From Promethearchaeota archaeon (lineage in GTDB: Archaea; Asgardarchaeota; Lokiarchaeia; Sigyniarchaeales; SOKP01), in assembly GCA_019894975.1 (NCBI GenBank), contig JAGXNO010000003.1, positions 80,922 to 144,921 of the forward strand: DNA of 64,000 nucleotides, given 5' to 3'. The position numbers and the translations under genes are program-made. Shown in pieces: positions 30,305 to 40,558 of the stretch. Each line of letters opens with the position of its first letter. Position 1 is the first letter of the stretch. The notes beneath the pieces were generated by a model. The model was not told where the DNA came from. It saw nothing but the letters and a program-made list of their open reading frames with translations, and searched no databases.

Positions 30305-31153
30305 TTAAAGCTCTCTTATCTCCTTTATAAGTTTAGCCGATTCCTTACATTTTTGATTAATTAACTCTAAGTTAGATTTCTCTTGACTAGTCAAATTTGC
30401 ACTTAAATTGATTAGTTCTGAAGAGCTCTTAATAACCTGCATAATATTTCCCAAATTATGAGAATACTTATCTTTCAAAACATACTTCTCTCTAGAAGAA
30501 ATAGTGTATTCAAGATGAACGAGTAAAATTATGAGAATAACTGAAGAACTAATAGACGGAACATAATAAAGCACTATAAGTAATGTATCTTCAGCATTGT
30601 ACAACCCATAATTATAGCCCGATAAAAAACTTATAGCTGAAATGGGAAAATAACTAATAAATAGAAATACAATTGCATAATACCATCTTATACTTTTTCC
30701 CATATATTTGACAAATTCTTTCCTTTTTATTGGAGGTACAATATAACCGATTAATAGTAAAATATAAACAAGGAACACCGAAAATAGCATTGTAAGTGTA
30801 AAACCAATTATAATATATAGTAAAAGGGGTAACGAGAATGATAATATCACTAAAAATGTAAATAGTCTAAGAGGTACAATCATATAATAAGTAAAAAAAC
30901 CCCAAGTATAAAAACCAAAACCACCGAGAGCAAATGTTACATTTAAGACAAGATAAAATTCCTTTAAACCATTTACTTCGGTCATATCTGCAAGGATAGG
31001 AAAAATGTTTGCTACTATCCAAAATAACCAACTGAATATAAATAGTAAAAATTTACTATCCCTTGAATCGTGAAAAAATTCAATTGAAACTGCTAATCCT
31101 ATTACTCTTATAAAAATAAACATAACCAAACATAATAATACAAGATCATTCAT
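30305..31153 (-). CDS. Multi-TM sensor-like protein ending in a HisKA-like helix, no ATPase domain
   Basis: About 7 TM helices, then DKYSHNLGNIMQVI (H-box-like), ending about 50 aa later. Directly upstream of the receiver gene on the same strand. Confidence 0.7.
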   Translation of the reverse strand: MNDLVLLCLVMFIFIRVIGLAVSIEFFHDSRDSKFLLFIFSWLFWIVANIFPILADMTEVNGLKEFYLVLNVTFALGGFGFYTWGFFTYYMIVPLRLFTFLVILSFSLPLLLYIIIGFTLTMLFSVFLVYILLLIGYIVPPIKRKEFVKYMGKSIRWYYAIVFLFISYFPISAISFLSGYNYGLYNAEDTLLIVLYYVPSISSSVILIILLVHLEYTISSREKYVLKDKYSHNLGNIMQVIKSSSELINLSANLTSQEKSNLELINQKCKESAKLIKEIREL

Positions 31154-31358
31154 TTCTTCTAACCTTAAAAGATAATAGCTGATATCGATGGAAGCTTTAG
31201 GGAACAAATTCTTCTGTTTCTAATGTAAAATATAATAGAATTTGTATTTAATTATTCTCAGTTCAATTACTAATTTGTAAAAATGTATATAGTTGAAGTT
31301 TATTGAGAATTTAATAAGTAGATTTTTATTTATGTTAGATAGAATGTAAAGTGATTAT

Positions 31359-31544
31359 ATGAGATGTGAGGGTTGTTTAAAGCAAGAAAATTTATATATG
31401 TGCTTTTTTACAGACAAAACAAAAGAAATCTATTACTGTGCTAAATGTTTAGGTAAGTTGTTAATAGAAGATCCGTATCCAATTTATAATATGAGCAAAC
31501 TTCAATTCACTTGGAAAAAAACGGAAGTTGCTAAAAATGAATAG
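31359..31544 (+). CDS. Small putative zinc-finger protein
   Basis: CEGC and CAKC pairs in a 61-aa ORF. Confidence 0.55.
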   Translation: MRCEGCLKQENLYMCFFTDKTKEIYYCAKCLGKLLIEDPYPIYNMSKLQFTWKKTEVAKNE

Positions 31545-31579
31545 AGCTAATTTCTGTTTCTATTTTAGACAATTTGAGA

Positions 31580-32308
31580 TTAATCACTATTTAAAATCAA
31601 ACTATGTAAATCATCGAGAGTTCCTTTGTAAGTAGGCTCTGGAATATTAATATCCACCTTAGTATAGGGGCTATTAATCAAGAAAGTGTGAATCCCTAAG
31701 CGTGCTGAAATAAGATCCCTAGCTTCATCACCCACCATAAGACAGGCTTCTGGGGGATGGTTTATACGATCGAGAATTTGTTCATAATAAAGTAAATTTG
31801 ATACTGATTTGGTGGCATAACTGTTTTCCAAGGTGGTGATCAAAAGGTAAGGAAAGTCTGCCACCCCTGCCCATTCTAGGCGTTGTTTAATGGCAATTGC
31901 GGGGAGAAGAGGAGTGGTTGCAATGACAACATCATAACCCTTATTAAAGGCAGTTTGAACAACTCTGCGTGCATCTGGTTTTCTTTGAGCATGTTGGCGT
32001 AATAGGGAAAAACCATCTTCATAAAATTTAGTAATTAACGGTTGAAGTTCTTCTTGAGAATGACCCTCTAAAGGGAAAAAGACACTTTCATATAATTCCT
32101 CATTTGATTTTTGTCCATTATTCTTTTCTACTACCTTTAAAGCTTTCAATATTTTAGATATAAACTTTTTTGGAGGTACAAGGTGAGCAACTCGCTGAGC
32201 TAAAAGATTTAAGTATTGAAATATAAATTTATCTAACTTAATTTCAAGGAGAGTGCCATCTAAATCAAAAAGTATAGCTTTGATATTCTTGTGAAGAGAA
32301 TCCTTCAT
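31580..32308 (-). CDS. HAD-superfamily hydrolase
   Basis: FDLDGTL, IAT, MVGD. Confidence 0.9.
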   Translation of the reverse strand: MKDSLHKNIKAILFDLDGTLLEIKLDKFIFQYLNLLAQRVAHLVPPKKFISKILKALKVVEKNNGQKSNEELYESVFFPLEGHSQEELQPLITKFYEDGFSLLRQHAQRKPDARRVVQTAFNKGYDVVIATTPLLPAIAIKQRLEWAGVADFPYLLITTLENSYATKSVSNLLYYEQILDRINHPPEACLMVGDEARDLISARLGIHTFLINSPYTKVDINIPEPTYKGTLDDLHSLILNSD

Positions 32309-32575
32309 TCTATCATTGCACAGGTTATTTTTTTTCTATAATAATTATTGATAGGAATTTCACCTATTTACTTTTTCGCAATTCATAGGATTCAATTCAT
32401 AGAAATATGCAATGAACGAAAGGAAAAAAAAATGTTAACAAATATGATAAAAAATCTTAAATAAAAAAAGGACTTTCCTATATCGTCAAACCTTAACAAA
32501 TGAAATAAAAAGTTTTTATTTTTATCTATCTTTTAATACAATTAATATAAAAAATTACAATTATTCTGTTTAGAC

Positions 32576-33790
32576 TTGGTAATTTTACAGTTAACTGATT
32601 TAAATAAAGGTTCTGTGTTCATTGGAGACAAATTAAATATCAAAACTCAATTCGAATTTGAAGAAGATACTGATATTTTATGGAGTGGTATTAGATTAAT
32701 AACTAATCCACCATGTCTTAAAGAAGTACAAGTCTCAAAAGAAGAAGTTTTCTCAAAAGGACATTTTGAAGCGGGGAAATATGTAAGAGAAAAGTCTATT
32801 CTTATAAATACTAACGTTGTGCCCACAATTAAAAATAGAGACTTTGAATATCACCTCAAATTAATCTTAAGACAGCCTAATCCTCTTAATCCAGAAGATG
32901 ATCTAGTTATTAACAAAGCTCATGATATTGAAATAAAAGCTAAAGATTCTGGATTCCAAGCAAAAGTTCCAAAACCAATTTCATTTTCATTATCAGGATT
33001 AAATATTATGTTAAGTAAGGATGTATACAAACCAGGGGAAACAATTAAAATTAACTTTTCCTCAGAAGAGCTCAAAGAACTCGAAGTAAGGTTATTACAA
33101 GATGCTAATGTTGTATGTCATTGTGAAGCTTATGGCCAGACATGTAGCAAAGTTGATCAGTTACCACCTGCAATTGCAGGAGATGTTCGAACTACGAATT
33201 TAGAAAAGGAATTTCTATTATTAAAGGTTCCTGAAATTGCCGAACCTTCTTATAATTTTATCTATTCTCCATCTGAAAAAGAACAGTTTGGTTTTAGATA
33301 TGGAGCATACACACAATGGAGTCTGTTATTTATAGGTAAGAGAAAACCTGAGTTTGGTACAGAAACCATAAAATTTGGTGTTCCTATATCGATTGCATCC
33401 TCGCCATTAGTAATTGAAAAAGTTGCAGTAGATTTATTTACGGGGGGAACTTCTGGAGCATCAAGCTTATTTGATGGGGTTTCATCTAAGTTCCAAAAAA
33501 CCTATAAAGTGATTTCAATTGATTCTGATATTGATAAATATAGAATAAAGATTAAAAATATATCAAAAGAGGATCTGAAAGGAGTTACAATTAAGGTTTT
33601 AGGATTACAAGAAGGTTTATTTGAAACCTCACCAAATTTGACTGGTTTTAATGTTTGGAAACAGGGGGAGGAAAAGGAAATTATTTATGAAATTAAACAG
33701 GATATATCAGCACTTATTTCTATTTTAGAAGATAATAATCAACAGAATATAAGGATCCAATCACCTGTTTCAACCACGAGCTTTTTCTAA
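32576..33790 (+). CDS. Putative arrestin/Vps26-fold protein with an extra C-terminal domain
   Basis: Arrestin-like patterns FEAGKY..VVPT..FEYHLKLILRQP (N-domain) and LSKDVYKPGETIKINF..LKVP..PS..VPISI (C-domain). Recognised by eye only. Confidence 0.55.
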   Translation: MVILQLTDLNKGSVFIGDKLNIKTQFEFEEDTDILWSGIRLITNPPCLKEVQVSKEEVFSKGHFEAGKYVREKSILINTNVVPTIKNRDFEYHLKLILRQPNPLNPEDDLVINKAHDIEIKAKDSGFQAKVPKPISFSLSGLNIMLSKDVYKPGETIKINFSSEELKELEVRLLQDANVVCHCEAYGQTCSKVDQLPPAIAGDVRTTNLEKEFLLLKVPEIAEPSYNFIYSPSEKEQFGFRYGAYTQWSLLFIGKRKPEFGTETIKFGVPISIASSPLVIEKVAVDLFTGGTSGASSLFDGVSSKFQKTYKVISIDSDIDKYRIKIKNISKEDLKGVTIKVLGLQEGLFETSPNLTGFNVWKQGEEKEIIYEIKQDISALISILEDNNQQNIRIQSPVSTTSFF

Positions 33791-33808
33791 TAGCATTCCT
33801 AAAGTAGA

Positions 33809-34402
33809 TTAATTGATCGCTGATATCAATTTATGATCATAATATTTGTTCAAAACTAATCGTATAATGTCTTCAAAACATTCTAAAACACCTTCTCCAC
33901 TTACAGCGATAGTGTATCTTGAGTCTATGTTTTGATATTGGTGAAAATCAATCTGTTTTAAGAATTTTGTGGATGGGAATTTATTTGGTAAATCTTGTTT
34001 GTTGAAAGCAACTAAAATTGGAAGATCTTTTAAAGCGTCCCCAAAGTAAGATACTAACTCCCTCCATGAGATCATATCTCGTTCATAAACATCTTCCTGT
34101 GAGTCAAGAACAAAAATAATACCATCCACAGCTTTTAATGTGATAGGTCTTGTTATTAGATAGAAATTTTGCCCTGTGGTGGTATAGAGACTAATTTTAA
34201 GAATCCAATCTTGATTTTGAAAAGACATTGTCCCATAATCGAAGAATAGAGTCCGATTAACTGTACTTTCAATGCTAAGAATTTTATCTTCTTTCCCAAA
34301 ATGAGCAAATAATGTTTTAATTGAAGTAGTCTTCCCGGATAATGCGGGTCCAAAATACACTATTTTAATGCTTATCGTCTTCTCAACAGGATCAATAATC
34401 AA
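33809..34402 (-). CDS. MglA-like small GTPase
   Basis: KIVYFGPALSGKTT, RTLFFDY, LYTTTGQ, DGIIFVLDS, NKQDL. Confidence 0.88.
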   Translation of the reverse strand: MIIDPVEKTISIKIVYFGPALSGKTTSIKTLFAHFGKEDKILSIESTVNRTLFFDYGTMSFQNQDWILKISLYTTTGQNFYLITRPITLKAVDGIIFVLDSQEDVYERDMISWRELVSYFGDALKDLPILVAFNKQDLPNKFPSTKFLKQIDFHQYQNIDSRYTIAVSGEGVLECFEDIIRLVLNKYYDHKLISAIN

Positions 34403-34514
34403 ATTTAGTTCAACTTAAAACAAGTTTAATTTCAAGTTGAACTATAACCTTTTAAAAACCGAGGTTTTTTTATTTAAATTTAAATAAAGAAATGGTAGTC
34501 CTACATCTTTCTGG

Positions 34515-34907
34515 CTAAAGAGTAGAAAAAATAAGCAAGTTTCCTTTTAACTCACATTTCAATAGATCTCTTAATATTAAAAGTTCAATGTCTCTTCTTA
34601 AAATTGCTTCACTTATGTTTAATTTATTATTTTCTTTTAACTCTTGGTTAAGATCTTTGAATGAAATTGAATTTTTTTTACTAGGCATTTTATTTAGATG
34701 TGTAAGAATTACTTGCTGTTGATATGCTGACTTACAATTGGAATCAAGTTGGTAAAGTTGATGCGTTAAATTATAATCAAGGCTATCTTCATTTGTTCTT
34801 TCAGCATTTTTCAGAAAATCTAAGACTTGTAATGCTTCTGGGTAATTTTCTTCAACCATTAAATTCCTTACTTGATTTAATTTTTCAATAAATTCTTTGG
34901 CATTCAT
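34515..34907 (-). CDS. Hypothetical helical protein with possible C-terminal winged helix
   Basis: About 130-aa ORF in tandem with its neighbours. Confidence 0.6.
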   Translation of the reverse strand: MNAKEFIEKLNQVRNLMVEENYPEALQVLDFLKNAERTNEDSLDYNLTHQLYQLDSNCKSAYQQQVILTHLNKMPSKKNSISFKDLNQELKENNKLNISEAILRRDIELLILRDLLKCELKGNLLIFSTL

Positions 34908-35006
34908 GATAAGTATTGGAAAACTCCTCACTTAATGAATTTTAGATTAATTATGTTTTAAAATTAAAAAAGGGAAAAATAAAAGAGAAAATAACTTAAA
35001 GGTTCG

Positions 35007-35237
35007 TTAGAAGGGAACACTTATAACTTCTTTAACTTCGGGAATATGAGTTTTTAAGGCTCGTTCAATCCCGAATTTTACTGTTTGTTGGCTCATTGGA
35101 CATCCAGCACAATGACCCATTAAGCGAACTTTAACCGTTCCATCTTCCTCGACTGAGACTAGCTCAACATCGCCACCATCCATTTGGAGCTGGGGTCGAA
35201 TCTTTTCAATGATTACCTTGACTTTTTCTTCATCCAT
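35007..35237 (-). CDS. NifU/Nfu-domain Fe-S carrier protein
   Basis: IRPQLQMDGGDVELV..LMGHCAGCPMS..GIE. Confidence 0.93.
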   Translation of the reverse strand: MDEEKVKVIIEKIRPQLQMDGGDVELVSVEEDGTVKVRLMGHCAGCPMSQQTVKFGIERALKTHIPEVKEVISVPF

Positions 35238-35489
35238 TATATCTTCACTCGTTTAAATTATATTATATTCTTTAATTAAATAAAGACGAATTATCTTTTA
35301 AAGGGTTGTTTTTATAAATTATTAAATTTTTACGAATATCTCCTAAGTAGATATCAATTAAAATCAAAAATAGTTATGTATCTATTAATTAAGGAAATTT
35401 TCGAGATAATTCTTAGAATTCTTAGAAAAGTTAATTATCTGTCATTAATTATTTAGATTATATTTAACAATTGAAGTTTTGTAAAAATT

Positions 35490-36737
35490 ATGAGTGATAC
35501 AGAAATCGAAGAAAGTAATAAACAAGAAGATTTGAAAAAGAGACAACCAAGAAGGAAACAAGTTAAAAAAACCCAAGGTCAAATGATTCAAGAGTCTTTG
35601 GGATTAAATCCTGTTGATATACAGGAGATTGAAAAAAAGCTTTTTATCGTTCGTTTTCTTGATTTCTTTTCTGAAGATACGTTAGAATTTATATTCAAGG
35701 AACGGATTATGGGACAAAATATTGAACGTTTAACAACATATCTGAGCGCTCTGCAGGTTGAAAGAGAAGAAGAAAAATTATTAAAACAATCTTTTGATTC
35801 AAAAAATATAATTGGTATAATAGAAACCGTAAAAAATAAAGCAGAAACCTTTTCCGTTGATAAAGGAATCAAAAATAACGTAAACAAGCGGTTAAGGAAA
35901 TTAACGTTATACATTACCATACCAATATTTGTATTACTAACAGTATTTACGATATTCCCATTTTTCTCCAGTCTTTATTTTGTCTTTTTTCCGATCTTAT
36001 GTGTTGTGTGTTTATTACCTCAATTAATAAGAGGAAAGGTTGTAAAAAAATGGTTTCAATTCAAGGAACAAAATAAGAATGAGATCTACACAGAGAATAG
36101 AAATGATATTATGGTTCTAAAGAGCTTTGCAGGAGAATTATTAAACAATATAAGGTCTCGACTTTTAGAATTAGAGGTTCCTCTTCAATTAATCAAATTT
36201 ACACTCTTTAGTAGGGATTATGAAAATTTGAAATTAGAAAGCCAGAAAAGCATACGAGGATTTATGCAGTATTTTTTTACCTTTGAATATCCTCCCGGAA
36301 TGGATCCTACTCCCATACCTGAGAAACTACAGCAATATCACCAACCAATTGCTACGACGAGAAAAGGTGAAAAACCTGAAAAAAATTTCATAATACTATC
36401 AGAAATGAGAGGGAGTAATGGTATTATAGACCATTTCGTTCCAACTTTAAAAGATGCTCAAGCAGAAAAAATAAATGAGTTTTTAAATGAATGTGAGTTT
36501 GTAAAAGCTCCAAATGATTTTAAAACGATTATCCCCAATTATGGAGACTCACTCGCAATATATTGTGTTTGTGGTGAAATTGCTGAAATTGATAATGTTC
36601 AGATTTGTAATTGGAAAAATCAGTTTAAATTTTATCTGTTTGAAACAAAAGAATGTAAATGCGAAGAATCTGTTTATGCGCTTTCTTTAATGGATGATTC
36701 TATAGACGTTCCTGAACAATTTAAAGATATTTTTTAA
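35490..36737 (+). CDS. Hypothetical membrane protein with C-terminal Cys pairs
   Basis: 415 aa, two TM helices, CVCG and CKCE. Confidence 0.7.
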   Translation: MSDTEIEESNKQEDLKKRQPRRKQVKKTQGQMIQESLGLNPVDIQEIEKKLFIVRFLDFFSEDTLEFIFKERIMGQNIERLTTYLSALQVEREEEKLLKQSFDSKNIIGIIETVKNKAETFSVDKGIKNNVNKRLRKLTLYITIPIFVLLTVFTIFPFFSSLYFVFFPILCVVCLLPQLIRGKVVKKWFQFKEQNKNEIYTENRNDIMVLKSFAGELLNNIRSRLLELEVPLQLIKFTLFSRDYENLKLESQKSIRGFMQYFFTFEYPPGMDPTPIPEKLQQYHQPIATTRKGEKPEKNFIILSEMRGSNGIIDHFVPTLKDAQAEKINEFLNECEFVKAPNDFKTIIPNYGDSLAIYCVCGEIAEIDNVQICNWKNQFKFYLFETKECKCEESVYALSLMDDSIDVPEQFKDIF

Positions 36738-36746
36738 GATTTATTT

Positions 36747-38096
36747 TTATTTTCTCTTTCTTTTTGAATGCCAGTCATAAAGGAGTCTAAATCCTCTAAC
36801 CGCCCGTTCAACTTCATTTTCAAATACAGGAATTCTTAATTCAGAGGCAGTTTTTACTACTCTTTTTGCACCTTCATGTTCAGCTTGGATTAATATGGTA
36901 ATTATTGGTTTTTCGGGATTTGATTTTTTTATATTACTAAAAATATTGAAATCAAATTCAATTTCGGTGAAAAACTCTAAAGCTAAAATTAAACCACCTA
37001 CAGCATCATCATTTAATAAAGTTTTAGAAGAAGTGTTATAAATTTCGCAAATCTTTGTACCAACAAATCTATCAGGGGGCCAATAATCGACAGGATTCCC
37101 TAAATCACAAGTAGAACCACCTACCTTCTCGAGTATTATATTTTTGTGATCGTTAGTTAATACCGCTAAAGATAGTTCCTGCTTCCGCATTTCTTTTATA
37201 ATAAGATATATTGCTCCTGAGCTTGGACCTATAATCCCTAAATCTGGATTTTTAGGTTCTGGACACCACAGAAAAATCTTGGCAAACTCAAATAATTCAA
37301 TATAGTTAACCACTGCAATACCCCCTGCCTTTATTAATTCTTCTTCCTTTTCATCTTCTTTTCCAACGTAGAAAAATAACACGGGTTTAATCGGGGATAA
37401 ATTTTGTACAGATTTAACTATTCTCTCTGTAATTTCTCTAAGAAAAAGTAAGATAACTCTGGTGGTCTTATCTTCTTTGAAGTAATTTAAGACATCTGCA
37501 TCATCAACATCAAATCCATACCCCAAATGAATGACTTTAGAAATAGGTAAATCTTGAGGAGGATTCCACCACCCCATTGCCCCTGCTAACCCTCCAGATT
37601 GCGCTATGAAACTGATACCTTCTTTTACCTTCCTATGTTTCTGCATAAGATACTGCCTTACAGGGATTATTGATGTTGTAAAGTTATTTATAAAATTAAT
37701 GATTCCAAGCATAGAAGGACCCATGTATGAAACATCATACTTCCTGCTAATTCTTGTTAAGTTTTCTATTAGTTCTGGATCACTTGTGTCTATTCTTAAT
37801 TCAGATTCAATCGCAATATTTTTAATACCAATCTTTGCTAACTTCTCAAATATATGGGATATATCTTTACCTAATACAATAACCGCTAACTCTGGGATCT
37901 CCGGTAATTCTTCTAATGAATGATAAGATTTCACACCTAAAATTTCATCTGCATTTGGGTTTAAGATGAATACTTTTCCTCGATAAACTATCTCTAAAAG
38001 ATTTTTTAGAATAGTATAACTGAAAGTATAGGCCTTTCTTGAAGCACCAACAATTAGAATGCTTTTAGGATTAAAAAAAGGTTCAAGATTTTTCAA
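36747..38096 (-). CDS. CoA-binding acyl-CoA synthetase (ADP-forming) alpha-like protein, apparently lacking the phospho-His loop
   Basis: FFNPKSILIVGAS, GPSMLG, FIAQSGG, NPVD. No SHTG segment after KPV. Confidence 0.8.
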   Translation of the reverse strand: MKNLEPFFNPKSILIVGASRKAYTFSYTILKNLLEIVYRGKVFILNPNADEILGVKSYHSLEELPEIPELAVIVLGKDISHIFEKLAKIGIKNIAIESELRIDTSDPELIENLTRISRKYDVSYMGPSMLGIINFINNFTTSIIPVRQYLMQKHRKVKEGISFIAQSGGLAGAMGWWNPPQDLPISKVIHLGYGFDVDDADVLNYFKEDKTTRVILLFLREITERIVKSVQNLSPIKPVLFFYVGKEDEKEEELIKAGGIAVVNYIELFEFAKIFLWCPEPKNPDLGIIGPSSGAIYLIIKEMRKQELSLAVLTNDHKNIILEKVGGSTCDLGNPVDYWPPDRFVGTKICEIYNTSSKTLLNDDAVGGLILALEFFTEIEFDFNIFSNIKKSNPEKPIITILIQAEHEGAKRVVKTASELRIPVFENEVERAVRGFRLLYDWHSKRKRK

Positions 38097-38263
38097 GGTT
38101 CAACAATTAAATGGTTTTAAAATCAATTAATTTAAAGAATATACACGAACTATTATATTTTACAATTTAACCAGCCTTTCAAAATAATAAATTTGCTTAA
38201 ACAATCAGAAAATTCGAATAAAAAAGAGTAGAATCTATTAACTTAATTTTATAGCTAATTCTA

Positions 38264-38896
38264 TTAGACTTTAGCAAATTCTATTTCATAAAGAGGTATT
38301 TCTCTTCGATTCTTAGCATCGTAAAGAGGTAATCCTGATCGTTTCAAAAGTTCTGGTGTTTTATATCTAAGGATAACAATCTGACAGGGACTTGACACCT
38401 TCATAGAAGCAATCCGAAGACGATCTCTTACGACTGCAAGGTTTCTTAGATGAGTTCCTACATCAACAATTATCTGTCCAGCTCTAACTCGCGCGGCTAC
38501 CCCCATTGATCGTCCAAATGAATTTCTCATTCCTGACTGAACTCTGTCTGCTCCTGCAAAGGCTAACATCCGGTTTTCTCGAATTTTCTGAAAAGGTTTT
38601 GGTCGAATTCTCAAACGGAAGTTTTGTCTTCCTAATTTACGTTGAAGAACCCCATTGATGGTAATTCTAATTGCTTCCAGTGAATTAGAAGATATTTGAA
38701 TCTGTCTGTTAACTTTAAGACCTACTACAAGTTCCCAATCTTTCCAATCCTGCTCCTTATTCCCCCCCCAAAAGCGAACAATCTTAGATTGGGAACCTCC
38801 ACGAGCATATTCACGCCGATGATTTGCTGATCTTTTATGTTGGTACGGTCTCCTCGTCCATTTACTATAACAGTGCCATGGTCTTTTATTTGCCAC
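38264..38896 (-). CDS. rpl10e: 50S ribosomal protein uL16 (L10e)
   Basis: SLEAIRI, IRENRMLAFAGADRVQSGMRNSFG, AARVRAGQ. AGGTGA upstream of the GTG start. Confidence 0.95.
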   Translation of the reverse strand: MANKRPWHCYSKWTRRPYQHKRSANHRREYARGGSQSKIVRFWGGNKEQDWKDWELVVGLKVNRQIQISSNSLEAIRITINGVLQRKLGRQNFRLRIRPKPFQKIRENRMLAFAGADRVQSGMRNSFGRSMGVAARVRAGQIIVDVGTHLRNLAVVRDRLRIASMKVSSPCQIVILRYKTPELLKRSGLPLYDAKNRREIPLYEIEFAKV

Positions 38897-39170
38897 CTAA
38901 TCACCTATCTGGTTAATTCTCTTTAAGTTTAATAGAAAATAATTAGCTTAGTTAAATTAAGTATTTATCGTTATTTATCAAAAATAATTTAATTCTAATA
39001 AGTTTTTTGAATCTTACAGATGTTTAAAGAAGCATTATGCTTTTTAACAATAATTGGATTGAAATTTGAACTTATATAAGATTAACATATTATATAAAAA
39101 TCTTGTAGGATACTAGGTTTTTGTAAGTCTAGATTTGGATTTAATCTATCATTTTATTTATATTATAATT

Positions 39171-40310
39171 ATGATTAGTATTGACACCGCTTTCAAACAA
39201 AAAACAAAATTACTATGCAGTGGGCTATATCTGAATGAGACCTTAATCGATCATTGTAAAACTCAAGGAATTCAGATTGATTATGGTAGGAAAGGAGGAG
39301 CAGGTCCTTCTGGAGGAAGATATTTCCTATTAGAAGATGGACTTACATTAGTAAACGTTGCACTCTGGAATAATCCGAACACCACTGATTTGTTTTTAAA
39401 AGAAAACAGGAATGGATATTTCGAAGTTTATAATGAGGGGAGTAATCAGTTATTTGGGAAACTAAAGCTTATCCAAAATCCTCTTTTTTATAATCCAAAA
39501 TATCTTACGTCCGATGGAATTCCAATGAAAAAAATTGCTTTAGTACATGGAGTTGATTGCCTTTCTAGTACAATTTATCAAAAATGTGTCTACTGGGCGT
39601 GTGGAGAAGCGTGTTCCTTCTGCGGAATTGAAGTAAGCTTACAAAATGATGCAACACTCGAAGAAAAAAATGCTAAGCAGATGTCAGAAGTTATCACTGC
39701 AGCTAAAAAAGAGGGACGATGCAATCACATGACTTTAACAAGTGGTACAGATGAATCTAAAGATAAGGGGGCAAAAAGATATATTGAAATATTACAAGGA
39801 ATAAAGAAGAACTATAATGATCTCCCATTACATGTTCAGATTGAAGCTTTAGAAGATTTAGAATATATTAACAAATTAAAAGAAGCAGGAGCAGATACTA
39901 TTGGAATTCACATTGAAGTTCTTAATGAGCAATTGAGAAGAGACATTACACCGGGAAAATTTCATCTTTCTTATCAACTTTTTGAAGAAAATTGGAAACA
40001 TGCTATTGAAGTGTTTGGTCAAAATCAAGTGAGTAGCTATGTTTTGACTGGATTAGGGGAAAAAAAAGCTGATTTTCTTAAAGATGTAGAAAAACTTGTT
40101 TCAGTGGGAGTCATTCCATATATAACACCAGTTAGATCTATCCCCGGAAAACATAATTTACCTTTAACGGATTATAATGTATTGTTGGAGGTATATCAAA
40201 GAACTGGTGAATTGATGAAGGAGTATGGGCTTAATCCATTAAAAAACAAAGCAGGATGTGTTCGTTGTGGGGGTTGCTCAGCTATCAAAGAAGCATATAG
40301 AGTAGCTTAA
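39171..40310 (+). CDS. Radical SAM protein, MSMEG_0568-like
   Basis: RKGGAGPSGG, KIALVHG, CVYW..ACSFCGI, C-terminal KAGCVRCGGCS. Confidence 0.8.
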   Translation: MISIDTAFKQKTKLLCSGLYLNETLIDHCKTQGIQIDYGRKGGAGPSGGRYFLLEDGLTLVNVALWNNPNTTDLFLKENRNGYFEVYNEGSNQLFGKLKLIQNPLFYNPKYLTSDGIPMKKIALVHGVDCLSSTIYQKCVYWACGEACSFCGIEVSLQNDATLEEKNAKQMSEVITAAKKEGRCNHMTLTSGTDESKDKGAKRYIEILQGIKKNYNDLPLHVQIEALEDLEYINKLKEAGADTIGIHIEVLNEQLRRDITPGKFHLSYQLFEENWKHAIEVFGQNQVSSYVLTGLGEKKADFLKDVEKLVSVGVIPYITPVRSIPGKHNLPLTDYNVLLEVYQRTGELMKEYGLNPLKNKAGCVRCGGCSAIKEAYRVA

Positions 40311-40558
40311 ATTTTAAAGAGGCTATGAAAATAATACCTTTTACTAGCTTTTGTAAATTATTTTCACTTATTTATTTATGAATTTTATAAATTATGTAAT
40401 TTACAATTGGATGATTATTAATTTAAACCATTCAATGATTAAGAATATACCTAATGAAGATTTTAATCCCCAATAACAATAAATTTAAATATTTTTTATA
40501 ATCTATTTTCAAATATATTGAAATAAGTAATATATACTACAACGGTTTGTGAGTTTAA

